From a virus (lineage: Duplodnaviria; Caudoviricetes): a DNA stretch of 29,719 nucleotides. This document shows positions 25,633 through 29,719 of this stretch, piece after piece. The stretch spans positions 1-29,719 of the IMG/VR virus record IMGVR_UViG_3300030330_001710; one strand, 5' to 3'. The notes under the pieces are model-generated. The model was not told the origin of the DNA and ran no database searches. It saw only the letters and a list, made by a program, of their open reading frames with translations. The position numbers were made by a program, and so were the translations under genes. Numbering within the stretch: position 1 is the first letter of the stretch; every line of letters begins with the position of its first letter.

Positions 25633-27429
25633 TTAAGCGCCTCTCACCCTTCTAGCGTCAGCAATATTTCTCTGGTTCCGCTGTGCGATTGTGTCTTGCG
25701 GTCCACGCTGCTGCACGCTGCTGATTGGCGAACCCGAGCCCATACTTGTGCGGTTTTGCGGAGACGGCATTCCTCTGTTTCTTAGACCGATGCCCTGACC
25801 ACCGGGAACTGGTGACGGGACCGGCATGCCGGGTGGACCTGCACGTGGTGTGCCCGGTGGAGGCATGGCCCCCGGAGGCATCGGTCTGCCCGGTGGCATT
25901 CCGGGTGGCATTCCGGGTGGCATTCCGGGTGGCATTCCCGGTGGCATTCCCGGTGGCATTCCCGGTGGCATGCCGGGAGGCATACCGGGAGGCATACCGG
26001 GTTGTGGTTCGGGCTGCTTCTGATAGATGAAGCGGATATCCCTCTCGCTTCCCTCCTCAAGCATCTCGGGCTTGTACCCGAGCATCATCATGCGCTGTGC
26101 GAGGTTGACCTCCATCTCGTCTCGGCGGAGTCTGGTAATCTCGTCCTCCTCCTCGTTCGGGTAGAGCGTGAGTTTCCAGTCCGTCACACCCATCTCCTTG
26201 AGCATGCGCGGGAAGAGAACCTCGGTGTACACCTTCTGACCGAACTCGACGGCCCTGTTGGTCACGAGTATCTGCATCCCCTCGTTGTTCAGACCGCCGC
26301 TCTTGCCATTGTCAATCATGAATATGTTGCTGACGCCGTAGAAAGCGGACATACGTGCGCGTATCTCATCGCGCACAGCAATGTACTGCATCTCTTCCAA
26401 TGTGTCCATGAACTTGACCCAGTTGACACCGCCCCTGCCCGTAGCCGACTCTATACCTACCTTCGGGACGTAGTGCGGGTCACGCTCCATCTTCTCATCG
26501 ACGGCCTTCCAGAATGACTTCATCGACTCTAAGTTGTCGGTGGTGACGGATATGATTCCCTTCGGTGTTCTCCTCTTCTGATACGCGGTGTAGAGGTAGT
26601 TGTCCATGGCGGTGAGTGTCATGGCCTGTCGCCATAGTGTGTTAACAGGGCTCTTGCCGTACAACTTTGATGGATTGTACTTGCTGATGTGTATGACCTC
26701 GCCCTCAAGGAAGTACTGCGTCTTGCCGCTCCCTGCCATGTTGACGTAGTGCACGTCCTGCATCTTGTTGCCACATACCTCGCACGACTCCTCCTGACCG
26801 GGGTAAGCAACTTGGTCACGATGGATGGGGCACACCTTGTACCTACCACCACGAACACCACGCTTGTCTGAGACTATGCGCATGAATATGGGGTCTCCGC
26901 GAACGACCTCCTTCACCCGGTAGAACATAATCTCGCTAGTCTCAGGGTCAACGTGGTACTCCTTGATGAGAACGAGAAAGCCGTCATCAACGACGTTGAG
27001 GTCGTGCTCTATCTCCTGTAGGACGTGCATGAAAGACTGCTCCATGGAGTTGGTCTGTCTCAACAGCCACTTCGGGTAGATGAGTTGCTCGATGTCAGGT
27101 GCTCTCACAGGACCCTCGCACAACTTGCATATGTCCACGTTGTCACTGTGCTCCTCCCCGCATGACGTGCATACGCGTTGAAACCTCTTCTCCCAGTAGT
27201 ACCCCCTCCTGAATATCTCCTGAGATAGTTTGGACACTATGGTCCGTAGAACGAGGTTCTCGTGCGTCACAGCATACAACGCTGGTATGGTGATACCCTG
27301 AGCCATGACGGGCTCCTGTATACCGGTAGTGTAGAGCGGCATCGTGGGCTCAGGTGTGCTGCGCCTTCGGAATGGCTCGGACAGAGCCGATAGGAAACGA
27401 GAGATTCTGCCGCCTTCTTCCTCTGCCAT
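25633..27429 (-). CDS. Portal protein with two zinc-ribbon insertions and a Pro/Gly/Met-rich tail
   Basis: HK97-family portal motifs ([40 protein letters not shown]...[11 protein letters not shown]). ATG at 27429 overlaps the upstream TGA (track GTG 27432). Confidence 0.9.
   Translation of the reverse strand: MAEEEGGRISRFLSALSEPFRRRSTPEPTMPLYTTGIQEPVMAQGITIPALYAVTHENLVLRTIVSKLSQEIFRRGYYWEKRFQRVCTSCGEEHSDNVDICKLCEGPVRAPDIEQLIYPKWLLRQTNSMEQSFMHVLQEIEHDLNVVDDGFLVLIKEYHVDPETSEIMFYRVKEVVRGDPIFMRIVSDKRGVRGGRYKVCPIHRDQVAYPGQEESCEVCGNKMQDVHYVNMAGSGKTQYFLEGEVIHISKYNPSKLYGKSPVNTLWRQAMTLTAMDNYLYTAYQKRRTPKGIISVTTDNLESMKSFWKAVDEKMERDPHYVPKVGIESATGRGGVNWVKFMDTLEEMQYIAVRDEIRARMSAFYGVSNIFMIDNGKSGGLNNEGMQILVTNRAVEFGQKVYTEVLFPRMLKEMGVTDWKLTLYPNEEEDEITRLRRDEMEVNLAQRMMMLGYKPEMLEEGSERDIRFIYQKQPEPQPGMPPGMPPGMPPGMPPGMPPGMPPGMPPGMPPGMPPGRPMPPGAMPPPGTPRAGPPGMPVPSPVPGGQGIGLRNRGMPSPQNRTSMGSGSPISSVQQRGPQDTIAQRNQRNIADARRVRGA
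25888..25999. repeat. Coding tandem repeat, 9 x 12 bp (GMPP) in the portal C-terminus
   Basis: ggcat recurs every 12 bp from 25895 to 25991. Confidence 0.95.
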
Positions 27430-28565
27430 CACAATCCCTCAGACCATTTTGATACCGTGTCGGCGTCTATTCCCCATTCAGCGAGTAGGGCGTCAGACTT
27501 GGTTGTATCGTCTGACCAGTTTCGGAACTTGACCACTTTCATCAACTGCTCCTTCCGTAGTTTGTCCTGCTCGTCCAAGTATGCGAGGACGGCTCTTGCT
27601 TGTGTCTTCTTCATCTGTAGATGTGGTTCAAGGGCACTTAGAAGTTTGCGAATGTCTGCCTTGGAATAGAACTGTAGTCTATGCTGGCTTCTCTGACTGT
27701 CCTTGTACACCTTCTGGTCCAGTTGCAGTATGCCGCAATCGAGCGTCTTTTGGAGATGCTCACAATGCGCACGACCCCTCGTTCCCGTTGCTATGAAGCC
27801 AGCCCTAGGCTCACCCCTCCCTGTTATCGATATGTAGCCATCAGCGTCCAAGAAGCCAGCGGCGTAGGCGATTGGGTCCTTCAGTATGAGACCGGAGGAG
27901 TCTGCCTTGACGAATGTTGACCTACCTACACCGTCCATGATATCGACCTCCTCACCGTACATGGAGAGCATCTTGGCGAGTTTGTTGCTGGTCATGCTCT
28001 TGGTGGTGAGGCTCTCCTCGTGCAGCCTCTCGTAGATGGCACGTGCCGTCATGGCGCCGTTCTGCTCTAGGTACTCCGATGCCTTCCTCACCATGAGCGC
28101 ATCCTTCTCGGAGAGTCGGTCAATCTGATGGAGTGTGTTCTTCCACATCATCTTGGCATCCCTCCTACCTTGCATGGCCTTGACCCAAGCATCCTTCTCG
28201 TCGTCTCCCCATACGTCATCGAACTCCTCAAGTTTGGCGAGTATCTCCTCGGACATCTCCCACTGCTTGAATGAGCGCAGCAGGTTCACCTTTCGTGTGT
28301 CAGCGAACTTCCTGAGTGCCTTCATGTCACGTTCCGATGGGGAGAATGCTCTGACTATGCGTGAGTTCTCCTCCAACCAGTCATGCATCTTGAGGGTGTT
28401 CTCAAACTCAAGTGCCTTGATGGTCCTGACATCCTGAATCAACTCGTCTATGTCGCCCTTCTGGTCCTTGTTGATTCTTCTGCTCTTCCTCAGACGCTTG
28501 ACTATATCGTTCGCAGTGCATCCCATGTGGGACTCAAACCATCCGTCACCCGTCTTTGAGAACAT
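27429..28565 (-). CDS. LAGLIDADG endonuclease-domain protein with N-terminal helical and winged-helix-like regions
   Basis: Single motif YAAGFLDADGYISI followed by typical LAGLIDADG elements (HLQKTLDCG, HRLQFYSKADIRKLLSALEPHLQMKKTQA). GAMTARAIYERL...TSNKLAKML resembles a wHTH. Confidence 0.8.
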   Translation of the reverse strand: MFSKTGDGWFESHMGCTANDIVKRLRKSRRINKDQKGDIDELIQDVRTIKALEFENTLKMHDWLEENSRIVRAFSPSERDMKALRKFADTRKVNLLRSFKQWEMSEEILAKLEEFDDVWGDDEKDAWVKAMQGRRDAKMMWKNTLHQIDRLSEKDALMVRKASEYLEQNGAMTARAIYERLHEESLTTKSMTSNKLAKMLSMYGEEVDIMDGVGRSTFVKADSSGLILKDPIAYAAGFLDADGYISITGRGEPRAGFIATGTRGRAHCEHLQKTLDCGILQLDQKVYKDSQRSQHRLQFYSKADIRKLLSALEPHLQMKKTQARAVLAYLDEQDKLRKEQLMKVVKFRNWSDDTTKSDALLAEWGIDADTVSKWSEGL

Positions 28566-28571
28566 TCAACT

Positions 28572-28618
28572 ACACCACATTACTTTGTTTTCATTATGGT
28601 CATGGATGTATGTGGTGT
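28572..28618 (-). promoter_or_regulatory. Inverted repeat (ACACCACAT / ATGTGGTGT) pairing with the RBS region of the LAGLIDADG gene
   Basis: 9-bp perfect arms at 28572-28580 and 28610-28618 in the 62-bp intergenic gap. Confidence 0.5.
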
Positions 28619-28627
28619 TATTATCCT

Positions 28628-29719
28628 TCATGGTATCATCCACCTACTACTCTTCGTATCCGAGTCGAACCAATTATCAAAGTTATCCATGACATCATCC
28701 AGCAGGACCACTGTTCCCTTGAACTCCTTCGTGGCCCAGTTGGCGAGGGCGAGGCTCATCGCCAAGTCGTCGTTGACGCCGACGCTCTCCAACCTGCCGT
28801 TCTTCTGCATACCGAAGCGGTTGAGTTCCTGCTCGACCTTGTGCGTGTACTCACGGCTTCTCTCGTTGCCGTAGGGGAGTTTGATTTGCCCCTGTTCAAA
28901 CGCAAGGAGGAGCGACATGAACAGCGACTCTTTCTTCGTACGTGTGGTCATGAATACCCTGATTGGCATGTCTGAGGCCATCTCCCTCATCTCCGCCTCA
29001 AGCATGCGCTGGAAGTTGTTCCCCTCAAGTTCGATGAGGTCGGGTTGGAACTTGTTGTTCAGGATGACCATCATGCGCTTCTGCGCGAGTGATGACATAC
29101 CACGCTCATGCACGACATGCACAATCTGCTTGACGTCCTCGTCAGGCAATGTCCTCATGACCGTCATGGCGGTGAAGTCAGCGTTCTTGTCGGAGGATAT
29201 GGCGGGGTCATGGCCGATGAAGTGCTGTCCCCATACGCCATCCGGCTCCCCCTCCTCGTTGTAGTTGGTGTCTGCCCTGTCGAGCAGGATGAGGTCAGGG
29301 TCACGTGCCTTCTCAAGTATGTCCATGGGGAACATGCTCGCCACGTCGTGTATGGGCTCGCACAGGTACTCGCGGCTGAACTGTATGGCTGGCATGGACA
29401 GCCGCCTCTGCTCAAGGGAATCTATATCCCAACGCTCGGGCCAAAGTGCCTTGCCGCTCTGGTCGATGGCAGGGTACGTCTCAACCTGAAACGTCTCCTT
29501 CTGCTCCAACTCGGCATACAGGTCGTTGTACGAGAAGGGCGTGCCCACCATCATGAGTCGGCTGGTGTGGTGGAGGACGGGGAGTAGGACGCCGTAGAAC
29601 CAGTCTGCCGTCCTCTGCAACTCTGTGCCGCTGGTGCCCCATAGGATGTCGTCGCACACAACGACGTCGGGGTGGAAACCACGAGTCGCACCGCCCACTG
29701 ACTTCGCCATGATACGCGA
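28628..29719 (-). CDS. terL: Terminase large subunit (partial, N-terminus beyond the right edge)
   Basis: Walker B DVVVCDD, coupling motif VGTP, FSREYLCEP, RNase H-like nuclease IGHDPA...ADFTA...DDLAMSLALA. Frame open to the window end. Confidence 0.93.
   Translation of the reverse strand, partial: SRIMAKSVGGATRGFHPDVVVCDDILWGTSGTELQRTADWFYGVLLPVLHHTSRLMMVGTPFSYNDLYAELEQKETFQVETYPAIDQSGKALWPERWDIDSLEQRRLSMPAIQFSREYLCEPIHDVASMFPMDILEKARDPDLILLDRADTNYNEEGEPDGVWGQHFIGHDPAISSDKNADFTAMTVMRTLPDEDVKQIVHVVHERGMSSLAQKRMMVILNNKFQPDLIELEGNNFQRMLEAEMREMASDMPIRVFMTTRTKKESLFMSLLLAFEQGQIKLPYGNERSREYTHKVEQELNRFGMQKNGRLESVGVNDDLAMSLALANWATKEFKGTVVLLDDVMDNFDNWFDSDTKSSRWMIP

Noticed and set aside
25725-26060. 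[12 protein letters not shown] and PGGI repeat ORFs
   Set aside because: These are alternative-frame readings of the portal GMPP repeat.
27429-28565. LAGLIDADG gene as an intein or group I intron splitting terminase or portal
   Set aside because: The terminase ends with its complete nuclease motif and its own stop, the portal has its own start, and no splice-junction residues or intron core were seen.
241-29587. Numerous plus-strand ORFs of 60-265 aa (e.g. 6065..6862, 24545..25066, 26002..26517)
   Set aside because: All lie antisense to well-supported minus-strand genes, lack RBSs and have shadow-like composition (Ser/Leu/Pro-rich).
1-29719. Diversity-generating retroelement, tRNA, integrase or alternative genetic code
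   Set aside because: No reverse transcriptase, template/variable repeat pair, cloverleaf or recombinase was noticed. TGA, TAG and TAA all terminate genes normally.

Overview
This window is a 29.7 kb, gene-dense virion morphogenesis module of a tailed dsDNA virus (Caudoviricetes), encoded entirely on the minus strand. Reading from high to low coordinates it holds: terminase large subunit (partial), a wHTH/LAGLIDADG protein, portal, several small head-associated proteins, a ~1690-aa protein ending in a degenerate ATP-dependent-ligase domain, prohead protease/scaffold, HK97-fold major capsid protein, small virion proteins, head-tail adaptor, tail terminator, a large tail tube protein, a SAP-domain protein, a tail assembly chaperone with a -1 frameshift, a short tape measure protein, a distal-tail-like protein and a >1600-aa LamG-containing tail protein that runs off the left edge. 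Gene order, GGAGGTGA/GGTGA ribosome-binding sites and protein character resemble archaeal viruses of marine Poseidoniales (magroviruses, HGTV-1-like). That assignment is from recall, not from a search. The most notable signals are: (1) a candidate capsid cargo/maturation system with recurrent hydrophobic-x-K|A/S/G sites, a mini-scaffold sharing a C-terminal MSWxExH motif with the protease-scaffold, a Cys/His repeat polyprotein and a ligase fold lacking its catalytic lysine; (2) a translational-control layer with an ATT start codon, a GGGTTTT -1 slippery site, two RBS-occluding hairpins and an unlisted 53-aa Cys-rich ORF. No RNA genes, CRISPR arrays or IS elements were seen.
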